Virus record (IMG/VR): IMGVR_UViG_3300037761_000058 | Span: 1 to 53,441 of that record | Reading direction: 5' to 3' (one strand) | DNA from: a virus | Taxonomy: Duplodnaviria > Caudoviricetes | Length of the DNA stretch: 53,441 nucleotides | Shown here: positions 26,562-36,996 of the stretch, piece by piece | Position numbering within the stretch: the stretch's first letter is position 1 | Layout of the letters: each line of letters starts with the position of its first letter | Made by a program: the position numbers and the translations under genes | Notes under the pieces: generated by a model | Databases searched by the model: none | Seen by the model: the letters and a program-made list of their open reading frames with translations, nothing else | Told to the model about the DNA's origin: nothing

Positions 26562-27383
26562 ATGACTGAAAAAGCTGGCGCTGGAGCCGGAGACGATCCC
26601 GGCCAGGCAGGAAGTGGCGCTCCTGCAGGTGGATCACCGGAAGGTGGTTCGGAGAAAGACGAGCTCGACGAGAAGTTCGAGAAGCGCATCAAGGCGGCGC
26701 TCGCCAATCAGCGGGCCCACTACGAAACGCAACTCGGAAACGTCAGAGCGGAGTTCGAGTCCTTCAAGGAAGGCGTTGGTAAGAGCCAACCAAAGGGCGA
26801 CGGGCCCAAGCGCTACACGCGGCAGGACTTGAAGGCCGCTGTAGATGGCGGGCAGATCAGCCAGGAACAGGCAGATGATGTCTGGGCCAAGCAGGTCGAA
26901 AACGACGCCGTAGAGAGGGCTACGAAGGCCGCAACAGACGCCGTTTCTCAGCGAGTTACCAAGGAGCGCATCGACTCCGACATCAGTTCGTACAAGCGGC
27001 TCAAGCCCGAGATCATGGAAAACGGGTCGGAAGTCCGGGAGAAAGTCCGAGAGGAATACAACTACCTTGTTGGCCTCGGAGCTCCAGGAAACACGGCGAC
27101 CGAACTAGCAGCGATCCGGGCGGTACTGGGCCCACTGGAAAAGCTCGAAAAGTCCTCAAGCGCAAGACGTTCAGAAGATCACGACCAGCAAGGCGGGTCG
27201 GACACTGGCGGCAAGCCCAGAGGCGGATCGAGCAAGAAGCTGGTGGACCACCTTGATGCAAGGGCGAAAGAGCACTACGACAAAGGCATCAAGCAGGGCC
27301 GCTACAAGGACTGGACGGAAGTCGAAGCGGAGTTGAAGTTCGCAACTCCCGCGCGCCGTGCTCAGATGGGGCTACCCGTCTGA
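26562..27383 (+). CDS. capsid scaffolding protein
   Basis: Low-complexity acidic N-terminus, coiled coil, upstream of capsid genes. Confidence 0.7.
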   Translation: MTEKAGAGAGDDPGQAGSGAPAGGSPEGGSEKDELDEKFEKRIKAALANQRAHYETQLGNVRAEFESFKEGVGKSQPKGDGPKRYTRQDLKAAVDGGQISQEQADDVWAKQVENDAVERATKAATDAVSQRVTKERIDSDISSYKRLKPEIMENGSEVREKVREEYNYLVGLGAPGNTATELAAIRAVLGPLEKLEKSSSARRSEDHDQQGGSDTGGKPRGGSSKKLVDHLDARAKEHYDKGIKQGRYKDWTEVEAELKFATPARRAQMGLPV

Positions 27384-27436
27384 ATCGTTCTCCAAACCAT
27401 CTGTCGGGATCCGATTCCAGTCACAAGGGATAGGCA

Positions 27437-27793
27437 GTGGAGATCATAGTTCCAGGCAGCTACACCCCGCAGGAAGTAAAGCGGGCGCACCTGAAAAGCC
27501 TGGAGTTCAGACGCAACCCGTATACGACGGGCTCTGCGAACCTGGACAACATGATCGCCCTCAACAAAGCCGTAATCCTTTGTGGCACGCACAGAAAGAA
27601 GTTCAACGCTAGGGCGGCTCGGTACGAGCTTCACCCTTCGAAGAACCTCCAGCGAGTGCGGGGAAATTGCGATGTGTGCAAGCAGTTCGATCTCGGTTTC
27701 CTCTTTATTTGTGAGAGGGACGCGGCCGATGAGCGTTTCAAGGTGGAGAAACACCGAAGAAACCTCGAATACGCGCACTTCGTAAGGGAATAG
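27437..27793 (+). CDS. hypothetical protein (C..H/CxxC)
   Basis: ORF track. Confidence 0.55.
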   Translation: MEIIVPGSYTPQEVKRAHLKSLEFRRNPYTTGSANLDNMIALNKAVILCGTHRKKFNARAARYELHPSKNLQRVRGNCDVCKQFDLGFLFICERDAADERFKVEKHRRNLEYAHFVRE

Positions 27794-27804
27794 GAGCGCG
27801 TCAC

Positions 27805-28530
27805 ATGGAGTACGCATTCGACTTGACCGGCGGATCAACCGCCGTCATCAAGCGGTATCAGGTAGCCGCGACCAAGGCTACCGCAGGAGTTCCGGTTCTT
27901 GTCGGTGTCGCCGCTGGTTCCGGCTTGGTGGTCGCAACGACTACCAGCACGGCAAAAGCGGTCGGTGTCACTGTCGACACTTCTGGGACCTACGTTACCG
28001 CGCAGCAAACGGATAACTCGGACACCGAGCGATCCGTAGGTGTCATTCTCAGTCCAACAGCGGTCTACCGGATGCTCATGAACGGTGGCGCAACCGAAGG
28101 CACCGCGATGGTTCTGCACACTGCGGCTTCAGGCGGTTCTGATGGCCTGACCATCGTCAGCGACGTGAACACCGATAGCCCGGAACTGGCGAATGGGACT
28201 TGCTTCTGCCTCTCCGGTGCGAACGTCGGGATCGCTCGCAAGATCACTTCGAACGCGACCACCACGATGACTTTCGTCGTTCCTTGGCCGAGAGACGTGA
28301 ACGCTGGCGACACGTTCGTTGTGGCTCCGTACACCCCGGTCTCAGGCATCACCCTGCAATTGACGACATTGCTTACTCAAGCAGATGCATCAATCGCGGT
28401 CGCCACCGGAGCGGCATTCAAGACGATCGAGTTGGAGTTCCGGGACGCCTCAATGGAAGGCCGAAGCAACAGCTACGTGTACGCGATGCTTGCCAACCAT
28501 GTCCTTGCCGCCACGTTGGCAGATAGTTAA
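27805..28530 (+). CDS. capsid cement/decoration protein
   Basis: Beta-rich, immediately before the MCP; AGGAG RBS. Confidence 0.6.
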   Translation: MEYAFDLTGGSTAVIKRYQVAATKATAGVPVLVGVAAGSGLVVATTTSTAKAVGVTVDTSGTYVTAQQTDNSDTERSVGVILSPTAVYRMLMNGGATEGTAMVLHTAASGGSDGLTIVSDVNTDSPELANGTCFCLSGANVGIARKITSNATTTMTFVVPWPRDVNAGDTFVVAPYTPVSGITLQLTTLLTQADASIAVATGAAFKTIELEFRDASMEGRSNSYVYAMLANHVLAATLADS

Positions 28531-28550
28531 CCGGAACCCAGGAGAAAAAC

Positions 28551-29468
28551 ATGACCACCCCAATGCAACAAGCGCAGTTCGGGGATCTTCTGGACCCACG
28601 GTTCACGAAGATTTTCCACGAGGAGAAGGACGCAGTTCCGTCGATGATCGGGGACATCTACACGACTGTCCCGCACAACGGACGGCAGAACATGACCTGG
28701 AGCGAGGTCGGGACGCTGCCGGACTGGTCCGAGTTCACCGGGACGATTCCGTTCAACAGCCTGAACCAAGGCTACGACGTGACGATGACGTTCGTGGAGT
28801 TTGCGAACGGCATCCAGGTCGAGCGGAAGCTGTTCGATGACGACCAGTATCAGATCATGGACCAGCGGCCGAGAGGGCTCGGGGCCTCGTATTCGAGGAC
28901 CCGGGAGAAGCACGCCTTCCGGCTGTTCAACAACGCTTTCGGCGTGGATTCGTTCTTCTACGCGCACTCGGAAGGCGTTGCGCTGTGTTCCAACTCCCAC
29001 ACCACGACCTCCGGGGCTTCGACCGCTACTGGATTCGACAACCTGACCACGGCTTCGCTGACGGCTACCGCTGTCGCTGCAGCCCGGATCCAGATGATCG
29101 ACTTCCGCGGCGACCAGGCCGAGAAGATCGACGTGACGCCGGACGAACTCTGGTATTCGCCGAACAACTACGAGCAAGCCTACGAGATCATGAAGGCGTC
29201 CGGGAAGGTCGATGTCGCCACCAACAACCCGAACGTTCACCAGGGCCAGTACAAGGGCTATGAGTGCCGGTACTTCACCGACACGAACAACTGGTTCATG
29301 TGCGACGGCCGCATGCGGAAGATGTACGTCTTCTGGGCCGATCGCGTGCCGGTCGAGTTTGCGATGGTCGAGGACTTCGACACGCTTGTTGCCAAGTGGC
29401 GCGGGTACAGCCGTTACGCCAACGTCTACACGAACTGGCGGTGGCTGATCGGAAGTCAGGTGACGTGA
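28551..29468 (+). CDS. major capsid protein (Mu gpT-like, HK97 fold)
   Basis: DD.Y, F...H, W.L/M and terminal Y.NWR.L.GS patterns; 305 aa; AGGAG RBS. Confidence 0.82.
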   Translation: MTTPMQQAQFGDLLDPRFTKIFHEEKDAVPSMIGDIYTTVPHNGRQNMTWSEVGTLPDWSEFTGTIPFNSLNQGYDVTMTFVEFANGIQVERKLFDDDQYQIMDQRPRGLGASYSRTREKHAFRLFNNAFGVDSFFYAHSEGVALCSNSHTTTSGASTATGFDNLTTASLTATAVAAARIQMIDFRGDQAEKIDVTPDELWYSPNNYEQAYEIMKASGKVDVATNNPNVHQGQYKGYECRYFTDTNNWFMCDGRMRKMYVFWADRVPVEFAMVEDFDTLVAKWRGYSRYANVYTNWRWLIGSQVT

Positions 29469-29686
29469 TGCCGAACAAGCGCTGGAATTCGATGCACGGC
29501 GCCAACGACAAGAGCGGCGGGGGCTATAGCAACAAGGCCCCCGGCTCGAAGCCGAATGAGTCCATGCCGGAGAAGACCGCGGCGTGGCCGGGATTGCCTG
29601 GCAGTGCTCAAGGGAAGGATCGCTCGGGCGGCACTCCTAAGAAGGGGCCGCGCGGGTCGTTTTACGTCAAGCAATCGGGCCTTTAG
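29468..29686 (+). CDS. small Gly/Lys/Pro-rich protein
   Basis: TGATG coupling to the MCP. Confidence 0.5.
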   Translation: MPNKRWNSMHGANDKSGGGYSNKAPGSKPNESMPEKTAAWPGLPGSAQGKDRSGGTPKKGPRGSFYVKQSGL

Positions 29687-29758
29687 CCCGGACTCGTAAT
29701 CTCGGGGGCGCGCGAGAGTTTGAGCGAGTGACAAGCATCGTGCCACAAGGAGATTGAA

Positions 29759-30718
29759 ATGGGTTATCTGACCAAGTACGGCACGAATTGGGGTTCGATC
29801 CCGGAAGAAGGTGGCGAAATCTTTTGGGTTGCGCCTGCCGCTTCTTACGTCACGATCGGGAGCCGCAGTTACTCGGCATCCGATGACAACGACGGTCTCT
29901 CGCCGGAACGGGCGCTGCGCACGATCAATCGCGCATGGGGGCTCGTGACCGCCAATCAGGACGAAACGATCGCCCTACTTCCAGGCACGCATAGCGCGGC
30001 CGCAGCCGGAACATCGACCGCGACCTCCATCGCGGCGAACATCGCTGGCGTGCGCATGACCGGCATTCCTAGGGGTTCGCAGACCGGAAACCCGTATCGC
30101 AAGAAGACCTTCGTCACTTGTGCCGCTGCAGACGAAACCATCAACGTCACTGCGGCGAACATCGAGATGTCGAACTTTACTCTCCTCGGAGATGTTCTCA
30201 ATACGGCCAGCGCGAACCTGAACTTGAGCGCGGCGGCAAACGGGTTCTACATGCACGACTTCGGGGTGGACGTGATTGCGCAGACCGCCGGCACCAGCAT
30301 CCTCGGAATCGACGCGACCGGCGCAGCAACAGGTGTCTGTATTCAGCGAGGGCACCTTAAAGCAGATGGTGCTTTTGGCGCGCTGGTTGATGTCACCGGG
30401 CTTGTAGATAGCTATGTGGAGGATTGCGATTTTGAACTCACGGCAGGAACGCACGCCGGGACTCTCACTGTTGGTGCTGCTGCGACCGTGACGATCCGCC
30501 GCAATAGTTTCTTCGGGGCCGGAACGCATACAGCCGCGATCAACGGAACTGGCGCAACGGTTGCAGGGGCGTGCAGGCTGCACTACAACCTGTTCAGCGT
30601 GCTTTGCACCGTGCCGATCGACGGCTTCTCGGCGACCAACCTTACCGACATGCTGAACAACTATATCGCTACGGTCGGCGCTGGCACCGGCGGAACACTT
30701 ATTTCCCTGAACACCTAA
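29759..30718 (+). CDS. right-handed beta-helix (pectin-lyase-like) virion protein
   Basis: SDDNDGLSPERALRTI..A...TIALLPGTH cap motif followed by beta-helix repeats. Confidence 0.65.
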   Translation: MGYLTKYGTNWGSIPEEGGEIFWVAPAASYVTIGSRSYSASDDNDGLSPERALRTINRAWGLVTANQDETIALLPGTHSAAAAGTSTATSIAANIAGVRMTGIPRGSQTGNPYRKKTFVTCAAADETINVTAANIEMSNFTLLGDVLNTASANLNLSAAANGFYMHDFGVDVIAQTAGTSILGIDATGAATGVCIQRGHLKADGAFGALVDVTGLVDSYVEDCDFELTAGTHAGTLTVGAAATVTIRRNSFFGAGTHTAAINGTGATVAGACRLHYNLFSVLCTVPIDGFSATNLTDMLNNYIATVGAGTGGTLISLNT

Positions 30719-30729
30719 CAGGAGAAGGC

Positions 30730-31497
30730 ATGGAAAACGCCGCAACCTTCGACACCAAGCCCCTCTACCGCCCGGACCAGTTGCAGACGGCGAAAGAGGA
30801 AATCCGGTCGCTGGAATCCAAGCTCTCCAATCCTCTGATCCAGGACAAGGGCGAGGTCGGAAAGCAGCTGCGCCGGGCCAAGCACATAACGGCGCTCCAG
30901 ACGCCGGAACCGCCTGCCACCGTCGAGGAAGAAGGCCGGATGGTAGCCCGCAGCAAGTCGCTGCTGTCCGACATCCTCCAGGGCATGCCTTCCCATGAGG
31001 AGATGCGCAAGTCTCCCCCCGGAGCGATCGACAAGCACCGTCACTGGGAAGGTCGGAACAAGGCGAAGATCCTCGAATGGAAGAACCTGCAACTGCGCCT
31101 GACGGCCGGTTCCGGGGATAGAGAGGTCGCCAACCTAGAGCGGCATCGCCCGCATGCGTCCACGCTCAACATGGACAACGCTTTCATCGCCGGCAAGAAC
31201 TTCTTCATGCCGGACACCGCCGGGCCAGCCGTGGTGTTCAGTGACGCTCAACTTGCTGTTCTGCGCAAGATGTCGCCGCAACTGGCCGACGCCATCGGGA
31301 TGATGACGAACCCGCAGCGCGAGGAAGTGAAGAACGCAATCAGCGGCATCGGGCTTGCCCAAGAACCTTCTCCCGCGTCCGTCGCCGGCAAGAAAGGGAT
31401 TGCGAAGAAACGGACCATGAGCGCGAAGCACAAGGCCGCTATGGCTGCAGGCAGAGCAGCCGCAGCCAAGCGCAATGCCGAGAAGAAGGCGGCGTAG
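30730..31497 (+). CDS. hypothetical protein with basic C-terminal tail
   Basis: AGGAG RBS; start MENAATF. Confidence 0.65.
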   Translation: MENAATFDTKPLYRPDQLQTAKEEIRSLESKLSNPLIQDKGEVGKQLRRAKHITALQTPEPPATVEEEGRMVARSKSLLSDILQGMPSHEEMRKSPPGAIDKHRHWEGRNKAKILEWKNLQLRLTAGSGDREVANLERHRPHASTLNMDNAFIAGKNFFMPDTAGPAVVFSDAQLAVLRKMSPQLADAIGMMTNPQREEVKNAISGIGLAQEPSPASVAGKKGIAKKRTMSAKHKAAMAAGRAAAAKRNAEKKAA

Positions 31498-31704
31498 ATG
31501 GCGCACGGCGACCGAATCTACGCTAGGGGCGGCAACAAAAACTCGCAGCAAGCAGAGCCATCGAGCGCGAACCGCGGCGGCGGGACGCTAGACATGCGGA
31601 TTTTGATCGAGCTGCAGGTGATCTCGATGTTGCTCGCGCAGGCGTATGAGTCCACGGAAGACCTGGCGAAACTTCGCCAAGACGTAGCTGATTCAATCAC
31701 ATAG
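31498..31704 (+). CDS. hypothetical protein
   Basis: Abuts upstream stop. Confidence 0.55.
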   Translation: MAHGDRIYARGGNKNSQQAEPSSANRGGGTLDMRILIELQVISMLLAQAYESTEDLAKLRQDVADSIT

Positions 31705-31714
31705 AGGATAGATC

Positions 31715-32365
31715 ATGTTCAACGAAATCTTGGTGGGCACCCAAAGCAATACCGATGGCGATGTCGTCAAGGCGCGCGCTGGAAAGAATGGCGACCAACT
31801 CGTATCCGGCCTTCACGGCAACTATTACGAATCCTCGAGACGTGGGCAGGTGTTTTTCGCCTCCACCGTCATCGCTGGCGTCGTGGTTCCGGTGGCCGCG
31901 GCAACGCTCAACTCCAAGTTCACGCTCTGGAACACGGCAGCCTCCGGCGTGAATGTGGAACTCATCAGCGTTTTCATGATGACCGATAACGCAACGACCG
32001 TGGTCGGGACGCACGGACTTCTCGTGCAGAGGGCTTTGGCGTCTTCAGGCGGGATTCCGACGACCGTAACAACGCCGTGCATCGCGCTGCCAGCCGGGCT
32101 CGGATCGGTTTCTAGCGGCGTAAGCGTCAACGCTCAAGCGACTCTCACGAACGCGCAAATCCCTAGTGTTGCCACCGCGCCTTACATCGGCTTCTGGCCG
32201 ATTGGCGGCTACGGTGCGACCACGGCGGCGGGCGGCGCGGATCTGACGCACGATTTCAACGGCAAACTGGTGCTGGGACCGGATTCCCTGGTCGCCCTCG
32301 TTACCAGCGTCGCCGCATCATCGGCCTGTTTCTGTTCAATCTGCTGGGCCGAGTACCCGGTCTAA
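31715..32365 (+). CDS. beta-rich virion structural protein
   Basis: GAGG RBS; composition and position. Confidence 0.6.
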   Translation: MFNEILVGTQSNTDGDVVKARAGKNGDQLVSGLHGNYYESSRRGQVFFASTVIAGVVVPVAAATLNSKFTLWNTAASGVNVELISVFMMTDNATTVVGTHGLLVQRALASSGGIPTTVTTPCIALPAGLGSVSSGVSVNAQATLTNAQIPSVATAPYIGFWPIGGYGATTAAGGADLTHDFNGKLVLGPDSLVALVTSVAASSACFCSICWAEYPV

Positions 32366-32374
32366 GGGGCTCTC

Positions 32375-33466
32375 ATGAGCATCCCGGTTACGCTAGCGCC
32401 TTCGCAGGCGATAAACGCGAAGCGTGGCTGTGCGCTTTTCTTCCCGGCTACGACGACCTACAAGATTCCAGTCTCAGGCTGGTATCGCCTGTCCGCGCTA
32501 GGTGCCGGTGGCAGTGGCGGGGCTTCGTTCACTTCCACCACCGCGCCGTGTGCTGGCGGTGGCGGCGGCGGGTCGTTTTGCGAACACGAAGTCTATCTCG
32601 CCAAAGACACCGTTCTCTCCATCACGATCGGCGCTGGCGGTGCGGCGGCGAGTTCATCCGTAGATAACACCCCGGTAAACGGTACTGCTGGCGGCGCCAC
32701 CACGATCGCATGGAATGGCGAACCAGCTCTATATGCCGGTGGCGGTGGCGGTGGCGTGGCTGGCATCACCAATCTGGCCGTCGTTGCGGGTGGCGTGGGC
32801 GGCACGGCCTATGGCGGCAACACGGTCAACGCAACCGGGGGATCCGGGGGCGCGGCTACCGGAACAACTGGAGATGGCAATGCCGGTGGTGGCGGTGGTG
32901 CCGGGAGCCCCTACGGGACGGGCGGTGCTGGCGGATCTTCGGCTTGTACCGTCATGGGAGCCGGTGGTGGCGGATCAATCCGGTTTGCTGGCGGTGCCGC
33001 GACCGGAACTACTTCTCATGGCGGTGGCGGCGGATGTGGTGGGGCCGGAGGCGCTACGGCATCTACGACGGCCAACGTCGGCGGGGTCAATGTCATCGGT
33101 CTTTCGGCGAACTCCACGAACTCGGCTGACGGGCTGCTTCGAGATGGCGTCACGGCGGGGTTCGGACAAGGTTTCGACTCTCTCACCGACCCGTTCCGAG
33201 GTTTGACAGGAGGCGGTTCACCGGGCTCCGCAACCGCGAGTGTGCGTTCTGGTAGCGGCGCGGGAACTGGCGGTGGAACAGATACGACTACTGCCGTACC
33301 TGGCCCACTTGGAGGTTCCGGCGGAGTTGCGAAGGCAGGCACAACCGTAGGAGCCGCTGCGCTTCTTGGCGGCGGCTCTGGTGGTGCTGCAGATTTAGCT
33401 GCCGGCGGCCCGGCAACCTCTGGTGCTGGCGGCGCAGGACTCGTCACTGTCGAACGAATCGGATAG
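32375..33466 (+). CDS. glycine-rich fibre-associated protein 1
   Basis: GAGGSGG...GGGGG...ITIGAGG...G.V.VE glycine-rich domain pattern. Confidence 0.72.
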   Translation: MSIPVTLAPSQAINAKRGCALFFPATTTYKIPVSGWYRLSALGAGGSGGASFTSTTAPCAGGGGGGSFCEHEVYLAKDTVLSITIGAGGAAASSSVDNTPVNGTAGGATTIAWNGEPALYAGGGGGGVAGITNLAVVAGGVGGTAYGGNTVNATGGSGGAATGTTGDGNAGGGGGAGSPYGTGGAGGSSACTVMGAGGGGSIRFAGGAATGTTSHGGGGGCGGAGGATASTTANVGGVNVIGLSANSTNSADGLLRDGVTAGFGQGFDSLTDPFRGLTGGGSPGSATASVRSGSGAGTGGGTDTTTAVPGPLGGSGGVAKAGTTVGAAALLGGGSGGAADLAAGGPATSGAGGAGLVTVERIG

Positions 33467-33493
33467 TCAACGTGTGACCTATGGGAGCGGTAG

Positions 33494-34486
33494 TTGAGCA
33501 CTACGTCGCAGCTAACCGACTTCTCTGACCTCTACACCGATTTGCAGAATAGGGTAAGGGCGCAGACAGGAGTCACGGCAACCGAGAATCAGGCGAAGCG
33601 ATACCTCAATATCGCCTTGCATGACATGCACATCGGTTTCGAGTACCGCTTTCCGTGGGCGGAGCGTTCTGCACGTCTTCTCACGCAGGCCGAGTACACG
33701 ACCGGGACCGTGACGGCGACGAAGGGCTCGACCACGATCACCGGGACGAGCACGCTGTGGGATACGAACAACGATTTCACCGTGAAGAACATGCGGGCGA
33801 ACGGGAAGACCCGCATTGCCGGGAGCCTGACGCCCTACGTCATCAGTTCGGTGACGAATGACACCACGGCGGTTCTGACTAGCAAGTTCACGGAAACGAC
33901 CGTGACGGACGAGACGTATGTCTACTACGAGGACGAGTACGACCTGGCTTCGGACTTCCTTCGGCCGGTGGACATGCAGCAGTTCTCGGATCAGATGTCG
34001 ATCGAGTTGATCGGGAGGACGGAGTTCCGCAGGCGCTACCCGGTCAATGCCACGACTGGCCGGCCGACAGTAGCAACCCTCATTGACTCTGGACCATCTG
34101 GGAATACCACGCCGGTTCGCAGAGTGAAGTTCTACAAGCCGCCCTCGACCGCGATGAACATCCCGTACACCTACATCACGTCGAACCTTGCGGTGAGCTC
34201 GGCAGGAGTTGCGGCTGCGAATATGTCTGCCGCCACGGATGAACCCATCGTCCCGCTTCGCTACCGGCATGCGCTGGTCTTTCATGCCCTGACGCACTGG
34301 TACAGGGACAAGAAGGACGACGTTCGCATGGAAGCAGCCAAGGGCGAGTACACGGACCTGATGCTGCGGATCGTGAGCGACGTGGAAGTAGGGGGCGTCA
34401 GGCCGCAAATCCGGCCGCGGGTGTCCGAGTACCGCCGGAGTGCCAATCGGCCTTGGGGCGGGCGTTCATTCACCCCGGGATCCTGA
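33494..34486 (+). CDS. head-tail adaptor protein
   Basis: LN.A N-terminus, DEP.VP..Y.HALV..AL motif, position before nozzle. Confidence 0.7.
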   Translation: MSTTSQLTDFSDLYTDLQNRVRAQTGVTATENQAKRYLNIALHDMHIGFEYRFPWAERSARLLTQAEYTTGTVTATKGSTTITGTSTLWDTNNDFTVKNMRANGKTRIAGSLTPYVISSVTNDTTAVLTSKFTETTVTDETYVYYEDEYDLASDFLRPVDMQQFSDQMSIELIGRTEFRRRYPVNATTGRPTVATLIDSGPSGNTTPVRRVKFYKPPSTAMNIPYTYITSNLAVSSAGVAAANMSAATDEPIVPLRYRHALVFHALTHWYRDKKDDVRMEAAKGEYTDLMLRIVSDVEVGGVRPQIRPRVSEYRRSANRPWGGRSFTPGS

Positions 34487-34731
34487 TGGCCGACTTCCGG
34501 GAAATGCGGCGCGTGGCCTGGACAACGATTGTGGAGGCGTTCGGGCTGTCGGTATCGGATGCTTCTACGCTTATCTTTCAGGCTCCGACGTACACGGTAT
34601 TGACTCTCCCAACCGCTGCCACCTATCCCCGCGGAGTGATTTACGTGAGCGATCAATCGACCGGGGCCGAACTTGCATTCTCGGATGGTTCGGACTGGCG
34701 GATTTTCAGCACCAGGGCGGTAGTTTCCTGA
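34486..34731 (+). CDS. small fibre-knob-like protein
   Basis: LPTAA...IYVSD...AFSDGSDWR; TGATG coupling on both sides. Confidence 0.6.
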   Translation: MADFREMRRVAWTTIVEAFGLSVSDASTLIFQAPTYTVLTLPTAATYPRGVIYVSDQSTGAELAFSDGSDWRIFSTRAVVS

Positions 34732-36332
34732 TGGCCGCCCTGAGAACCCTGACGCTGCGGCACTTCTTCGGTGGCGGGTATGCAACCGACTTCGGCCCAT
34801 CGGCTGACGTATCACCTGACGCTTCCGGCAAGGTGACGATCCCGTTTCTGGTCGATGCCGACGACGTGCTGTTCGAACTGGACGGTGGTCCCAGGAAGGC
34901 TGGTGGGGCCTCGAAGGTCAATTCCTCAGCCCTCGAGTCCGCGGCGAAGGTCATGGGGGTCTACGACTACTGGCGGCAAGGCGGATCCGGTGCCCCTGCT
35001 CGTAGGCGGATTGTGCATTGCGGAACTAAGGTGTTGGCCGATACGGACGATGCCTCGTTTGTGACAGAACTGGCTACCGGGTTCCAGTCCGAAGCGGTCC
35101 CGTCCTATTCGACCTTCGACGACCTGTTGATCTTCTCCTCAGACTCGACGGTAGACGTTCCAAGGTCATGGGACCAGACCACCGCCCAGAACCTCGCAGG
35201 AAGCCCGCCACGCTTCTCCTTCTCGGTGTCGCACAAGAACCGCCTCTGGGCTGCTGGCGTGTACTCAGCCCCCTCCAGGCTGTACTACAGCAGCAATACG
35301 GACCCGGAGGACTGGACGACTACCGGGGGCTCGATCGACATAGACCCGAACGACGGGGACATCATCACAGGGCTGGTTAGCCACAAGGACGAGCTCTGGG
35401 TGTTCAAGGGGCCGAACAAGGGCTCCATTCACCGGATCACCGGCTCGAGCCCTACCGGGTCGGACGGCTTTGCTCGGAAGAACTTCGTGGTCGGGCTTGG
35501 GGCCTGCTGGCACAACGCCATCTTCCGGTTTGCCGATGACATCGGGTTCGTCAGCCAGTACGGCTCGGTGCATAGCCTTGCGGCTACCGCGGCATACGGG
35601 GACTTCTTTCAGGCCAGTCTTTCCCGGCCGATCAACAACGGCTGGATCAAGGCGAACCTGAACTACAACCGGCTGCGGAACGTGTCCGCGGCTACGGACC
35701 CTCTTTCCGGGCTGGTGTTCATTACCGGCTCCTGGTCCGGGGCGACCTCGAACAACAAGGTCATGGTCATGGACTTCAGGAGCGCCCCGGACATCATCCG
35801 GTGGTCGAAGATCAACTCCTACGCAGCTGCAAGCCTCGGGCTGTTCGTGGATACGAGCGGGCTGAGAAGGATACTGGCCGGCGGGAATGACGGCTTCGTG
35901 CGGCGTCTGAACATCGCGGACAGGTCGATTGATACCACGACCGGACTCGCCTACAAGGTGACGACGCCTACTCTGAATTATGGCCAACCTATGACCATGA
36001 AGACCTTGGAGCGCGGGGCCATCGGGATTGCTCCCAAAGGCAACTTTTCCTTCACGTTCGCATGGACGCGGGACGATAACGCAGAGCAAACGCTGACTGT
36101 CGCTCAAGGTGGAGCGGATGTACTTGGTACTGCTTCCGCCAATCAGTTCACGCTCAATACATCTACATTGGGCGGGAGCCAGTTCGTTGACATCTTCCAC
36201 GAATTTGGTGAAGAAGGTGGAGAATGCAGAGCAGCTTCATATCGAATCACGGATAGCGCAAACGCTCAAGACATTGAGCTACATAGTCTGACGGTGGCGC
36301 TACATATAGATGCGGAAAGCACAGAAAATTAA
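34731..36332 (+). CDS. tail nozzle / tubular protein (beta-propeller)
   Basis: HKNRLW...SRLYYS...DPEDW...IITGL blade motifs. Confidence 0.75.
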   Translation: MAALRTLTLRHFFGGGYATDFGPSADVSPDASGKVTIPFLVDADDVLFELDGGPRKAGGASKVNSSALESAAKVMGVYDYWRQGGSGAPARRRIVHCGTKVLADTDDASFVTELATGFQSEAVPSYSTFDDLLIFSSDSTVDVPRSWDQTTAQNLAGSPPRFSFSVSHKNRLWAAGVYSAPSRLYYSSNTDPEDWTTTGGSIDIDPNDGDIITGLVSHKDELWVFKGPNKGSIHRITGSSPTGSDGFARKNFVVGLGACWHNAIFRFADDIGFVSQYGSVHSLAATAAYGDFFQASLSRPINNGWIKANLNYNRLRNVSAATDPLSGLVFITGSWSGATSNNKVMVMDFRSAPDIIRWSKINSYAAASLGLFVDTSGLRRILAGGNDGFVRRLNIADRSIDTTTGLAYKVTTPTLNYGQPMTMKTLERGAIGIAPKGNFSFTFAWTRDDNAEQTLTVAQGGADVLGTASANQFTLNTSTLGGSQFVDIFHEFGEEGGECRAASYRITDSANAQDIELHSLTVALHIDAESTEN

Positions 36333-36996
36333 CGGTAACTCTAAGCTGTGCAGCAAGTGTGGCATGGCGAAGCATTTGGACGACTTTTGTTTTTCAAAAA
36401 GTGGTCCCCTTGAACGCACATCGCATTGCAAATCTTGCTTGCGAGAGATGCGAACAAATAATCGCGACAAATTAATGCTGCGCCAGAAAGAACATTACCG
36501 GAGGAATAAGGAACGTTTTAGGGTGCGTCAGAACGCATACGACAAGGCTCACGCGGATCATTTCAGGGAGCTAAAGCAAACAGAAGCCTATAAGGCTAAA
36601 AAAGCTGAATGGGATAGAGCAGACTACGAGCGGCATAAAGAACAACGCAAAGCAGCAACCAAGGAATATGCGTCTTCTCATCCGGACAAATATCGTAAAT
36701 ACAGAATGGATTGGAAACGCCGCAATCCAGGATCTCACTTGAAGTACAAAGCGATCAAACGTGGCGCATTCGTGGAATACGTTAACGTAGCAGAGGTATA
36801 TGAACGTGATCTTGGTCTTTGCGGAATATGTGGATTGCCTGTTGGCTCCGGAGAATTCCAACTAGATCACCGCATCCCGTTATCACGTGGTGGGGAGCAT
36901 AGTTACGCGAACTGCCAAAGTTCACATGCGCTCTGCAACATCAAGAAATTTGATCGTATGCCAGAAGATTGCGCGCATCTTTGGAGGAGATCGTAA
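36310..36996 (+). CDS. free-standing HNH endonuclease
   Basis: CGICG...DHRIPLSRGG.H...N.Q..H..CN; N-terminal CxxC pairs; AT-richer than flanks. Confidence 0.9.
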   Translation: MRKAQKINGNSKLCSKCGMAKHLDDFCFSKSGPLERTSHCKSCLREMRTNNRDKLMLRQKEHYRRNKERFRVRQNAYDKAHADHFRELKQTEAYKAKKAEWDRADYERHKEQRKAATKEYASSHPDKYRKYRMDWKRRNPGSHLKYKAIKRGAFVEYVNVAEVYERDLGLCGICGLPVGSGEFQLDHRIPLSRGGEHSYANCQSSHALCNIKKFDRMPEDCAHLWRRS

